Source: Oceanispirochaeta sp. (GTDB lineage: Bacteria; Spirochaetota; Spirochaetia; DSM-2461). From it: a DNA stretch of 64,000 bases. The stretch spans positions 1 to 64,000 of the forward strand of contig CAXXXD010000004.1 of assembly GCA_963663385.2 (NCBI GenBank), written 5' to 3'. The translations under genes were made by a program, and so were the position numbers. Below the pieces are notes generated by a model, which ran no database searches, had not been told where the DNA came from, and saw nothing but the letters and a program-made list of their open reading frames with translations. Below, in pieces: positions 19,367-28,744 of the stretch (positions within the stretch are counted from its first letter, which is position 1; each line of letters begins with the position of its first letter).

Positions 19367-20181
19367 CAGAACCTCTGGCATACGGATTTTTTCAAAGGGG
19401 CCTGGCCGGGGGGATTCTGGCGGCTGTGGCATGCGGCGTTTTAAGCGGTTTTATTGTCTGGCGGGGGATGGCTTTCATAGGGGACGCCCTTTCCCACTCC
19501 ATTCTGCCCGGTATTGTCCTCTCCTATGCCCTGGGGGTTAACCTTCTGCTGGGGGCGATTGCCGCGTCCCTGGTTGCGGTTGCGGGAATCGGGCTGATCA
19601 GTCAGAGAAACGGTTTAAAGGAGGATTCTGCCATAGGGGTCATTTTTACGGGCCTGTTTGCTCTGGGTATCCTGCTGCTGAGCCGGATTTCCACCTATCA
19701 GGATCTGACTCATATACTATTCGGTAATATTCTGGGGATTTCCAATACGGATCTGATTATAATCGGCGGTATAGTCCTGCTTGTGGTTGTTTCGGTATTC
19801 CTGTTTTATAAGGAACTTCTGGTTACATCCTTCGATTCGGTTCATGCCGTAACCATCGGGCTTTCTCCCCAGCTGGTTCATAACGGGCTTTTACTTGTAA
19901 TTGCTTTGACAACTGTTGTCTCCATACAGTCCATAGGGGTTGTTATGATTCTGGCTCTTCTGGTAACCCCCGCCGCTTCGGCTTCCATGCTGGTTAAGGA
20001 GCTGCCCAGAATCATCGGGCTGGGAACCCTGTTTGCGGTATTTTCCAGTATCAGCGGTTTTTATGCTTCCTACTATATGGATCTGGCATCGGGCCCGGCA
20101 ATTGTTATTATTCTGACAATTATCTTTCTGATCTGTTTTACCTGGAGCCATCTTGCAAGGACCAGGAGGGTTGTCAAGTAG
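19351..20181 (+). CDS. Mn/Zn ABC transporter permease
   Basis: RGMAFIGDALSHSILPG, EDSAIGV.F, DLTHILFGNILG, LLVTPAASA, ASGPAI. Confidence 0.93.
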   Translation: MVEWLTEPLAYGFFQRGLAGGILAAVACGVLSGFIVWRGMAFIGDALSHSILPGIVLSYALGVNLLLGAIAASLVAVAGIGLISQRNGLKEDSAIGVIFTGLFALGILLLSRISTYQDLTHILFGNILGISNTDLIIIGGIVLLVVVSVFLFYKELLVTSFDSVHAVTIGLSPQLVHNGLLLVIALTTVVSIQSIGVVMILALLVTPAASASMLVKELPRIIGLGTLFAVFSSISGFYASYYMDLASGPAIVIILTIIFLICFTWSHLARTRRVVK

Positions 20182-20292
20182 ATCTCTACTGATGGGTGTC
20201 CAGACCCCTCTCTTTCTCCCCACAGGGGGAGATGTTGTTTATTGACTGACGGCTTCTGTGCAAATTGTATGGGTGAGGTGTATAATTATAAT

Positions 20293-20862
20293 ATGAAAGA
20301 GAGAAGATCTGTTTTTATTATCTGTCTTGCTCTTTTACTTTGTATAGGGCCCGTCTGGTCTGATTCTGCCGAAGAGAGCGAGAAAGCAGAGGCCGTGCGT
20401 AAGGGTTCTCTTATAACGGGAGCCGCTCTGGGACTGGGCGCTGTTACGATCTATTCCATCGGTCCCTATACGGGTATGGATTTTAATGATCATCCCGTTG
20501 CCTCCACCTCCATTATTGCTGCCAGTTCCCTTACGGCGGTGGGATCTTCCATTCTGTTCTCCCGCCTGTTTGCCGAAGAAATTATCGAAAGAGAAGCGGG
20601 ACCGGTTGAGTCCGGTCTGGAGGGGATCCTGGCCGGTGCTCTGGCGGGGGGTATGACCAACGGCCTTGCTTTTGCCACCATGTTCGGCATAGGTGTTCCC
20701 AGCGGCGTTATCGAAATGAACGAGCCTTTTGACGAGCATCTGGATACCTGGTATAAGAGCGCTTCTCTGGGGTTTATGGGCGGTTTTATGTACGGTATAT
20801 TTTTCGGCGCTTTAGCGGGAGCGATTGGTGGTCCGGCTATCAGTTTTTCCATGGGATTTTAA
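20293..20862 (+). CDS. Hypothetical Gly-rich membrane protein
   Basis: Signal-like N-terminus and GxxxG-rich helices; TATAAT immediately upstream. Confidence 0.6.
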   Translation: MKERRSVFIICLALLLCIGPVWSDSAEESEKAEAVRKGSLITGAALGLGAVTIYSIGPYTGMDFNDHPVASTSIIAASSLTAVGSSILFSRLFAEEIIEREAGPVESGLEGILAGALAGGMTNGLAFATMFGIGVPSGVIEMNEPFDEHLDTWYKSASLGFMGGFMYGIFFGALAGAIGGPAISFSMGF

Positions 20863-20951
20863 ACCTTATTGACAAGTTGTACCGATTCTTATTATATTAG
20901 CGTTCATCGGGTTGGTCGTGAACATCGTTTTCAACTAAACCAATTCATTTC

Positions 20952-21025
20952 GGGCCTATAGCTCAGTTGGTTAGAGCACCTGACTCATAATCAGGTGGTC
21001 CTAGGTTCAAGTCCTAGTGGGCCCA
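20952..21025 (+). tRNA. tRNA with CAT anticodon, most likely tRNA-Ile2 (lysidine-modified)
   Basis: Cloverleaf GGGCCTA/TGGGCCC-A, D-arm GCTCAGTTGGTTAGAGC, anticodon arm CCTGA-CTCATAA-TCAGG, T-arm GGTTCAAGTCC. C4-G69 and C5-G68 fit Ile2 rather than Met. CCA not encoded. Confidence 0.92.
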
Positions 21026-21027
21026 TG

Positions 21028-21057
21028 AAAGACACTCGTTTCGAGTGTCTTTTTTTT
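21028..21057 (+). terminator. Intrinsic terminator after tRNA
   Basis: AAAGACACTCG-TTT-CGAGTGTCTTT plus T run. Confidence 0.9.
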
Positions 21058-21216
21058 GGTCTAAACCCTTGTTTTACAAGGGTTTAAGCTACTTTTGATA
21101 GAGCAACCGCTTATTTCATTCTGTCTACTGATGCCTTTATTGACGCCTTTTGAAATGTGATTGCTGGGATTCTGACGTCAGGACAGTGGCTGTAATTAGG
21201 AAGAATTTCTGTTTTC

Positions 21217-21492
21217 TGCAAGCCTAAAATCCCCAATTCTGCAATGAAAATTCCCCAGTACCGGGTGGGGAGTTTTGTTACTGCCGGAGAAGGGAATTCT
21301 TCATCCGCCAGCTCTCTCCATCAAAGACCAGCAAATGGCTATGGTGTACCAGCCGGTCGATCATTGCAGTTGTCATCTGCTCATCATAGAAAATGGTTAC
21401 CCATCGACTAAATTCCAGGTTAGTTGTCAGAATGATACTTTGTCTTTCATAGCAGTCTGAAATCAATTGAAATAACAGTCTGGAGCCCGTGC
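21217..21492 (-). pseudogene. istB: IS21-family remnant: 3' end of istB plus right end
   Basis: GSRLLFQLISDCYERQSIILTTNLEFSRW..IF.DE.MT.AMIDRLVHHS is the IstB C-terminus; repeated AAA(A/T)TCCCCA subterminal motifs at about 21226-21260. Confidence 0.88.
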
Positions 21493-21520
21493 CGTAGTTT
21501 TTTTGTATCGGGACAATAAT

Positions 21521-22552
21521 TCAAGCACTGCTCCGGTAATAATGGTGATGAAGGCCGCCTAAAATAGACTTTTTCATGATGTTTCCGGATTCTGAGATAA
21601 ACTGTCCATCTGGAATCGTGCTTATCCCCTGATGAGGACGGTGGAAGTTGTAGTATTCAACGTATTCTTTTATTATCCGCCTGACCTGTTTCTCTGAGAA
21701 TAGCAGGAAGTGATCAAGGGCTTCTCTCCGGATAGAACCAATGACTCTTTCGGTATAAGCATTCATATTCGGAGCAGAAGTGCAGATGTTTACACCATTG
21801 ATTCCAAACCAGCTGAAATCAATGGATGTGAACTGTGAAGCATTGTCATATATCAAGGTCTTTTCATCTGGATAGTCCTCTGAAAAGAGAATCATCCGCT
21901 GCTTCACAAACTCCCGGCAGGGATTCTCTGTTAAATCATATCGAATTATTTTTCTAGATTTCAGCTCAATAATGATAAGAAGATAGAATCTCTTCCCGAG
22001 TAGTGTATCAATTGTCATAAAGTCCATGCCGAATAAGGAGTCCCAGTGGGATTTCAAGAATCTCTTCCAGCTGCCGGTAGGGAGGATTTTTCCCTGTTTT
22101 CTGAAAGTCTGAATCATCTTATTAACAGTGGTGTGGTGGATATCGATATTCAGTTTCTTCAACTCATCTGAAATCCTTCTGCTCCCCCAAAGCGGATTAT
22201 CTCTCTTCATTCCAAGAACCAAAGACCGGACTGATGCTGTAATTGGTTTTCGTCCCCGTTTCTTATGTTTGAAGGACCATCTTTTCTTTATCAGCCTTCT
22301 TTGCCATTCCAAAAAAGTATCCGGTTTTACAACCAAAAGATGGGAAATGGCTTTTTCAGATAGAGATGCAATTATAGAGAAGGTAAAACGCTCGCTGTGA
22401 TTTGAGTTTATCCTTCTTCCGCTTTGATCCAGGTGACGCTTTAGAATCTCATTTTCTTTCTTGAGAAGTAGCAGAGTGAAGATGAGATCTTTCCGTTTAG
22501 TGAAAATGGTTGAGAAAAGAGCATTCAACAGATTGACTGCGAAATTGAACAT
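21521..22552 (-). CDS. rve (DDE) integrase-core transposase; element about 21504-22593 with TGT...ACA ends
   Basis: NPLWGSRRI..EL.KL HTH, GMDF, YDNASQF, P.MNAYTERVIGSIRRE, YYNFHRPHQGI, LGGLHHHY. Confidence 0.88.
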   Translation of the reverse strand: MFNFAVNLLNALFSTIFTKRKDLIFTLLLLKKENEILKRHLDQSGRRINSNHSERFTFSIIASLSEKAISHLLVVKPDTFLEWQRRLIKKRWSFKHKKRGRKPITASVRSLVLGMKRDNPLWGSRRISDELKKLNIDIHHTTVNKMIQTFRKQGKILPTGSWKRFLKSHWDSLFGMDFMTIDTLLGKRFYLLIIIELKSRKIIRYDLTENPCREFVKQRMILFSEDYPDEKTLIYDNASQFTSIDFSWFGINGVNICTSAPNMNAYTERVIGSIRREALDHFLLFSEKQVRRIIKEYVEYYNFHRPHQGISTIPDGQFISESGNIMKKSILGGLHHHYYRSSA

Positions 22553-22671
22553 GATCTGATTATCGGAATGTGGAAAATTTTCGGCATTCAACAAACTAAG
22601 AAGACTTATAGTATTGTTGCTATACTAAAGCTGTAATTGAAATATGGGTGAAAGTATGGTATTATGTATGT

Positions 22672-22941
22672 ATGACCTTTGAATGGGATGAAAACAAGAA
22701 TCAAGAAAATATTGAAAAGCATAATATCTCATTCAATGATGCTCAGTATGCGTTCTTTGATAGTCGCCGTATTATCTTGAAAGATGAAAAGCATAGCCAA
22801 ACAGAAGAGAGGTATTTCTGCATTGGCGAAATTGAGGATGGTATTGTTACTGTTCGATTTACGTTGAGAAAAGACCGAATCAGAATCTTCGGTGCTGGTT
22901 TCTGGAGATCCGGGAGGAAAATGTATGAACAAGAACGTTAA
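22672..22941 (+). CDS. brnT: BrnT-family toxin (ribonuclease)
   Basis: MTFEWDENKN..NIEKH.ISF..A..F.D, HS..EERY..IG, RIRI. Confidence 0.9.
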   Translation: MTFEWDENKNQENIEKHNISFNDAQYAFFDSRRIILKDEKHSQTEERYFCIGEIEDGIVTVRFTLRKDRIRIFGAGFWRSGRKMYEQER

Positions 22942-23179
22942 ATATACAGATGCACCTGATGATATTGAAGATGCATTGATGAATGCCACAGTCATGGAAG
23001 ACTTTCTTCCTCCTCCTGAGCAGCTAATTGCGAAGGAAGAAACCCGCAAGATTACTATTTCACTTTCCAAGCGTAGCGTCGATTTTTTTAAGGGCGCGGC
23101 GGAGAAAAATCACATTCCATACCAGCAGCTTATTCGAAAAGTGCTTGATAATTATACTGAGCATTATGCTGCAAAATAA
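22925..23179 (+). CDS. BrnA/CopG-like antitoxin (RHH)
   Basis: KITISLSKRSVDFFK..A....PYQQLIRKVLD.Y; overlaps brnT. Confidence 0.85.
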   Translation: MNKNVKYTDAPDDIEDALMNATVMEDFLPPPEQLIAKEETRKITISLSKRSVDFFKGAAEKNHIPYQQLIRKVLDNYTEHYAAK

Positions 23180-23327
23180 CTGACGCCGATACCGACGCCC
23201 TTATTATATGACCCCAGAAGCTTTAAATGGAAAACTTACTACATAACAGCTTCTTATGCAGTACGATACAGCACTATATGTACTGCATAAAGATACTGCT
23301 CAAGTTCAAGTCCTAGTGGGCCCACTT

Positions 23328-23357
23328 TAGCTCCTCTTTTTGAGGGGCTATTTTTTT
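23328..23357 (+). terminator. Intrinsic terminator after second att copy
   Basis: TAGCTCCTC-TTTTT-GAGGGGCTA plus T7. Confidence 0.8.
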
Positions 23358-23515
23358 GTCTAAACGCTTATAATACATGGGTTTAGGCTGTTAGAGGGGA
23401 AACGGCCGTCTGCTTCTGAAAGGGGAGTGACGCCAATATCGACGCCAATTGGAAATTCTTCCGGTCCTGGAATGGTGAAGGATTTCGCTTTTATTCCAAA
23501 TGAAAAAAATGTCAA

Positions 23516-23983
23516 TTATTTTCGAATAGATCTTAAATACATAGGCAGCTCACTCACAGCCACTATTTTGTCAATTATCATAACCAGCCAGCTTTCCGGG
23601 TAACGTGGAGGAATCAGGGTCAGTGGAAACATATGCCTTTTGATAATGTCCCGTTCAATACGGTTTAAGTGAAATCTTTCTCTGGCATTGTTCAGGGCTG
23701 TTACCGGATGGGTGAATCCATGCATTTTATGGATCTCATAAAATCTCTTGTGGGGATGAAGGGATTCCCTGTTCCAGTCGTACAGAAAAAAATCATGAAG
23801 GAGGGCTCCTCTGGCAAGGGAGCGGGAATCCAGATGCAGTCTGTTTCCCCATTTCCAGGCCAGCCGGGCGACCTTCATACTGTGATCAAGTATACTGTTG
23901 CCGTGGTGGTTTATACTATCCAGCATCCGGATATCATCATGGCTCAGTATGTCCTGAATTATCCTGTCAAAATCGTTTTCCAA
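23516..23983 (-). CDS. HD-domain phosphohydrolase
   Basis: HH..SILDHS..VA, ARGALLHDFFLYDW, HGFTHP..AL.NA, DII..HMFPLT, DK. Confidence 0.9.
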   Translation of the reverse strand: MENDFDRIIQDILSHDDIRMLDSINHHGNSILDHSMKVARLAWKWGNRLHLDSRSLARGALLHDFFLYDWNRESLHPHKRFYEIHKMHGFTHPVTALNNARERFHLNRIERDIIKRHMFPLTLIPPRYPESWLVMIIDKIVAVSELPMYLRSIRK

Positions 23984-23990
23984 AATCTTT

Positions 23991-24770
23991 TCAGTTCTCT
24001 TTTTTATCCCGGTTCAGACGCTTGTTCAGAACTTTTGTAAAGGGCTTAAGTCTGGATTGGATATTTAATGTGTGACTTCTGAGACTCTCCAGGAACGATG
24101 TTCCCAGTTCTCCTCTGAAGGGGAAGAAAAATCGCGTATGATTCCTGAACCCTTCCCGGACTCTGTCTCTGAGTTCCAGTTTCAGGTTTTCAAAATCAAC
24201 GGGGATTTTCTCTTCTGTTTCATCTACAAATCTCTTGATGCGACCGGCAATGTTGAAAGACTGCCAGAGATCGACGGCAAAGAGTCCTGTGAATAGACCT
24301 ATGAAAAAGGAGAGCTGCAGATAGTTATATAGCTGGTCTATTATGCTGTTCAGCCGGGGGTAGATCATCAGATAGAAAAACAACCCCAGTATGGTCCATA
24401 ACAGGCTATATAACGGGCAGATTAACCCCTGTATATTTCCTTTGTTCCGGGAATAGTCCCAGAGCTTGATTTTGAAGTGGTGAATAAAGATTAGCCCAGC
24501 AATGTATTCCAGCAGGGACAAACTGATCAGAAATGTTAGAGCCAGCAGATAAAGAGGCAGATTCAATGAGCTGATCCGGTACAGGATGATCGTGCCGAAA
24601 CCGTATAGGGGCAGCCAGGGCCCCTGCAGGAATCCCGGGTTGATCCATCTCTTTACCTCTCCGAAATATCGTCTCCAGAACAGTTCAATAAACCATCCGG
24701 CAACCGTTCCCACCGAAAAAAGAAGAAAATACTTCAGTGTGAAATACAGAGCGTCTACAATTATTTTCAT
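23991..24770 (-). CDS. Putative ABC-transporter-type membrane protein (CmpB/DUF1113-like)
   Basis: GWFIE, NPGFLQGPWLPLYGFG, LEY..G, LWDYS..KGNIQGLIC. Start may be 24791. Confidence 0.85.
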   Translation of the reverse strand: MKIIVDALYFTLKYFLLFSVGTVAGWFIELFWRRYFGEVKRWINPGFLQGPWLPLYGFGTIILYRISSLNLPLYLLALTFLISLSLLEYIAGLIFIHHFKIKLWDYSRNKGNIQGLICPLYSLLWTILGLFFYLMIYPRLNSIIDQLYNYLQLSFFIGLFTGLFAVDLWQSFNIAGRIKRFVDETEEKIPVDFENLKLELRDRVREGFRNHTRFFFPFRGELGTSFLESLRSHTLNIQSRLKPFTKVLNKRLNRDKKEN

Positions 24771-24886
24771 TATCCGGGCCTCACTGATCAAAAAATAATA
24801 TCAGTTCAGATGAAAGTCAATTCAGGTGTCTATTCACAAAAATTTTTTGAAAGTGTCAAATGATCGTAAACCGGCTTTCGTCCTCT

Positions 24887-26122
24887 TTAGACTTTTTTTA
24901 TTTTATTCTTCTTTGGCCTTTTAACTTTAAATGGTCTGGTATCCAGTTTTGAGCCAGGAAGGGGCGTCTCCAATTGAAATCCTTCTGTTTCAACCCTGGT
25001 GATAACCTGTTTGGTTAGCCTCTCAATATCCTTCAAACTGTCAAATTCTTCAGGGCTGACGAAGGATAACGCTTCTCCGATCTGGCCGGCGCGTCCCGTT
25101 CTGCCGATTCTATGAATATAGTCTTCTTTCAGGTGGGGAAGATCAAAGTTGATCACCAGGGGCAGCCGTTCAATGTCCAGCCCCCTGGCCGCAAGGTCAG
25201 TGGCTACGAGAATTGAAGCATTGTCCTTTTTAAACTCAGCCAGGGCCTTTGTCCTTGCTCCCTGGCTTTTATCTCCATGTATAGCCTGGGCAATATATCC
25301 TGCATGGATGAGCTTTTTTACAAGTCGTTCCGCCCTGTTTCTGGTCTTTACAAATATGAGGAATTTCAGCCAGCTGTTTTTCTTCATTAGTTCCAAAAGG
25401 AGCTCGGTTTTCTTTTCATGATCCACTGGATACACGTACTGACGCACTGCATCCAGTGTTATTTCTTCAGGAATGACAGACACTTCCAGGGGGGCCTGCA
25501 ATATTTCTTTTGCCAGATGGCTCACTTCCTCAGAAAGGGTGGCTGTAAACATCAGGGTCTGTCTGTCATGGGGAAGTAATTTGAGAATCTCTTTTACTTC
25601 GTCCTGAAAGCCCAGGTTCAGCATCCTGTCGGCTTCGTCAAAAACCAATACTTCCAGCTTTGAGAACTGCACTGCGTTTTTCCGGTACAAATCCAGAAGC
25701 CTGCCGGGTGTCGCAACAAGAATATCTATACCTCTGCTCAAGCGGATCATCTGAGGATTGATTTTGACTCCTCCATAGGCAACGGTGGACCTGATTTTGA
25801 GATAGCGGCTGTAATTGACTGTGCTTTCATAGACCTGAGCCGCCAGTTCCCTTGTGGGGACCAGAATGAGAGCTCTGATCCGATTTGGAGCTGCCTTTCC
25901 ATTTTTGCTGAGGATCTCTAAAACGGGGAGCATAAACGCAGCGGTTTTTCCTGTCCCGGTCTGAGCTGTCCCCAGGATATCCCGTCCTCTCAGGACTGAT
26001 GAAATTGTTTGCTCCTGAATAGGTGTCGGTTCTCTATACCCCTGAGCCTCTAATGCTTTGAGGATCGGTTCCGATAGACCTGTTGAAGCAAAGGCTCTGG
26101 AAATAGTTTCTTTATTTATCAC
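24887..26122 (-). CDS. DEAD-box RNA helicase, RhlE-like
   Basis: PTPIQ, AQTGTGKT, PTRELA, TPGRLLD, DEAD, (T)AT, ARGLD, HRIGRTGRAG. Confidence 0.93.
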   Translation of the reverse strand: MINKETISRAFASTGLSEPILKALEAQGYREPTPIQEQTISSVLRGRDILGTAQTGTGKTAAFMLPVLEILSKNGKAAPNRIRALILVPTRELAAQVYESTVNYSRYLKIRSTVAYGGVKINPQMIRLSRGIDILVATPGRLLDLYRKNAVQFSKLEVLVFDEADRMLNLGFQDEVKEILKLLPHDRQTLMFTATLSEEVSHLAKEILQAPLEVSVIPEEITLDAVRQYVYPVDHEKKTELLLELMKKNSWLKFLIFVKTRNRAERLVKKLIHAGYIAQAIHGDKSQGARTKALAEFKKDNASILVATDLAARGLDIERLPLVINFDLPHLKEDYIHRIGRTGRAGQIGEALSFVSPEEFDSLKDIERLTKQVITRVETEGFQLETPLPGSKLDTRPFKVKRPKKNKIKKV

Positions 26123-26148
26123 TGCTTTATTCTCCGAGATATCGATAT

Positions 26149-27525
26149 CTATGAATGGCGGCGTACTTTAAACTGCCGGCCTTTGATCAGCCCCTTTTCA
26201 AGAAGGTGCAGGGCTCTATCAGCTGATTCGGTTTCTACCGCAACGAAGGTGATATAATCCTGGCGATCGATTTTTCCAATGGCCTCCCCCGAAATGCTGC
26301 CGTCGGCTGTGAGGGCTCCGAGAAGATCTCCCGGGCTGATTTTATTCTTTCGTCCTCCATTGATAGAGAGGGTGACCATGGATGCAGAAGGATAAGGTCT
26401 GTTCCGACAGACATTTTCTGGAATCTCTTCTATGGAAAATTGGCTTTCAAGGAAATTATTGATAAGGTTCAAACGGAACTGCTCCTTTTCTCCCAGAAGG
26501 GAGAAGGCGCAACCGGCCAGACCCGCCCGGCCGGTTCTGCCGATACGGTGGATGTAGTTTTCTGTTTCAAAGGGCATATCGTAATTGATTACAGCTCCCA
26601 ATTCCTTTATGTCCAGGCCTCTGGCTGCGACATCCGTGGCAATGAGGATCCTGACACTTCCGTTTGAAAAACGGGTGAGCACCTCTGTTCGTTCTTTCTG
26701 CTCCAAATCCCCATGCAATGCCAGGCAGGATAATCCGGAACCTTGAAGATCCCGGGAGATTCTTCGGCAGGCCTCTTTTGTATTGCAGAAAATCAAAACC
26801 GATTCCGGTTGATGCATTTGCAGGATATGAAGCACCGCAGAACTCTTCTCGCCTCTGCCTGCTCTGTAGAATGTCTGAGTGACATCTATATCATCTCCCC
26901 GGGATTCTACTTCGATTTCTTTGGGGTTCTCCTGCAGTTCTCTGCTCAATGCTTTGATTTCTTCGGGAAATGTAGCCGAGAAACAAAGAATCTGTGTCTT
27001 TTTCGGTACAAAACTGAAAATATCATGAATTTCATCAATAAAACCCATATCAAGCATCCGGTCGGCTTCATCCAGAACAACAGAAGTTAATTCATCTAAT
27101 ACCAGACTTCCCCTTCTGAGAAGCTTGTGCACCCTTCCGGGAGTTCCTACGACGATATGCGCCTGATGGCTCAGGGAGTGCTCCTGCTTGAAATGAGGCA
27201 TCCCGCCAGTGATGGTCACAATCTTTATATTGTGACGGAACCGGGCGATGCGGCGCATCTCCTTTGAGACTTGATCGGCCAGCTCCCGGGTGGGGCATAG
27301 GATCAGGTTTTGTACCCGGAATCGTTTGATATCCAGGTTTTCCAGAATACCAATGCTGAAGGCGGCAGTCTTTCCGCTGCCGGTCTTTGCAAGGGCCAGG
27401 ATATCTTTCTTTTTAATAATGGGAGGAATACTGACCTCCTGGATGGGAGTCATTCTGTTGTATTCGAGTTTGTTAAGGTTTTCCAGCATTTCTGGAGAGA
27501 GCGACAAGGCGCTGAATGGTTTCAT
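26149..27525 (-). CDS. dbpA: DEAD-box RNA helicase DbpA
   Basis: All DEAD motifs plus C-terminal INGGRKNKISPGDLLGALT...IGKI....FVAV DbpA RNA-binding domain. Confidence 0.92.
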   Translation of the reverse strand: MKPFSALSLSPEMLENLNKLEYNRMTPIQEVSIPPIIKKKDILALAKTGSGKTAAFSIGILENLDIKRFRVQNLILCPTRELADQVSKEMRRIARFRHNIKIVTITGGMPHFKQEHSLSHQAHIVVGTPGRVHKLLRRGSLVLDELTSVVLDEADRMLDMGFIDEIHDIFSFVPKKTQILCFSATFPEEIKALSRELQENPKEIEVESRGDDIDVTQTFYRAGRGEKSSAVLHILQMHQPESVLIFCNTKEACRRISRDLQGSGLSCLALHGDLEQKERTEVLTRFSNGSVRILIATDVAARGLDIKELGAVINYDMPFETENYIHRIGRTGRAGLAGCAFSLLGEKEQFRLNLINNFLESQFSIEEIPENVCRNRPYPSASMVTLSINGGRKNKISPGDLLGALTADGSISGEAIGKIDRQDYITFVAVETESADRALHLLEKGLIKGRQFKVRRHS

Positions 27526-27800
27526 TCCCGGGAAACTATCATGGATGGGTAAAATTTAGCAATGGAAGAAATTACCTTTTTTATGAATAAGAGGGATTTA
27601 GGGGAGAATGCTTCCCATCGTAGAATTGGGACCTACATGACTATATGTCCATAATCATTCTTAAGAAAATTTCTGTGTAAAGTGGAGAAAAAGTATATTC
27701 AGATACAATAACATATTAAAAAACCTCCTTTCCAGTGGCTATTCTTTGCAGAAAAGCGTATTATCAATTGTTTAACTTTATGCAAAGGAGATTTATTATA

Positions 27801-27986
27801 ATGAAAGGTACTGTAAAATGGTTTAATTCAACGAAAGGATTCGGGTTTATCGAGCAGGAAGACGGCGCTGATCTCTTTGTTCACAAGAACGAAGTCAATG
27901 GCTATATCAACGAAGGAGATAAAGTCGAATTTGAAGTAGGCAGCAGTCCGAAAGGTCCTTGTGCGATTCATGTAAGAAAAGTTTAA
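27801..27986 (+). CDS. Cold-shock protein
   Basis: [45 protein letters not shown]. Confidence 0.95.
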   Translation: MKGTVKWFNSTKGFGFIEQEDGADLFVHKNEVNGYINEGDKVEFEVGSSPKGPCAIHVRKV

Positions 27987-28302
27987 TCATCGCACTTTTT
28001 CTAAAGCTTTACTGATAGTGACAGGTTTTCCTAAAAAGTCTTCCTGTTTCTTATCTCTGCTTTGTTGCTCCTCAAGATCATTTTCTCGTAACAGTTGTAA
28101 GTTTCTCATAGGGCTGCAAGTTGACAAACCCTGTCAAAGAGCATATATTGGGTATTAAGTTTGATATTTAAATTTGTAGAACCGTAAAGTTGTTTTCAAA
28201 GTAGCCAGAATATTTTGTTTCCTACCTTCAATTCCGTTTTCCGCAGTTCAATAATCATTCAGAAAAAACATTTTACCGGAACATTCCGGAATAGGAGACA
28301 TT

Positions 28303-28572
28303 ATGTCCAAGAAAATTTATGTTGGTAACCTAAGTTGGAATATCACAGAAGACGATCTGGGTGAGCTTTTCGCACAGTATGGAGAGGTTCTCTCTGTTAA
28401 CATCATTATTGACAGAGATACACGCAGATCCAAGGGATTCGGGTTCGTTGAAATGGCAGAGGACGATGCTGCTATCGCGGCTATTTCAACCTTCAATGGA
28501 ACAGAACTTGACGGCCGGAATTTACGGGTCAATGAAGCCGAGGATCGTCGGGGAAATAGCCGAAGGTTTTAA
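28303..28572 (+). CDS. RRM RNA-binding protein
   Basis: KIYVGNL (RNP2), RSKGFGFVEM (RNP1), GRNLRVNEA. Confidence 0.95.
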   Translation: MSKKIYVGNLSWNITEDDLGELFAQYGEVLSVNIIIDRDTRRSKGFGFVEMAEDDAAIAAISTFNGTELDGRNLRVNEAEDRRGNSRRF

Positions 28573-28744
28573 TCTGTTTTCATAGCATTGAATGCTATTT
28601 TGTAACTGGAAAACTGAGTTACTTCGAATCACGGAGGTGTATCCTACTGCGCTTTCGTGATTTTTTTCTAATATATAAGGGGTTTCTTTTATAACTATGA
28701 GATAGCTCCCTGTAAAAGTTATTACCCCGTTGAGGAGGCCGAAA

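Larger units (their letters stand above)
21005..23324. mobile_element. Degenerate tRNA-integrated genomic islet (about 2.3 kb), no tyrosine integrase left
   Basis: Exact 21-bp direct repeat GTTCAAGTCCTAGTGGGCCCA at 21005-21025 (tRNA 3' end) and 23304-23324, enclosing IS remnants and a TA pair. Confidence 0.9.

Noticed and set aside
20952..21025. tRNA-Met assignment
   Set aside because: Paired G1-C72 and no three G-C pairs in the anticodon stem exclude the initiator; the acceptor stem resembles Ile tRNAs, so Ile2 is preferred.
23304..23324. Second tRNA gene
   Set aside because: Only the 3' 21 nt are present; it is an att duplication.
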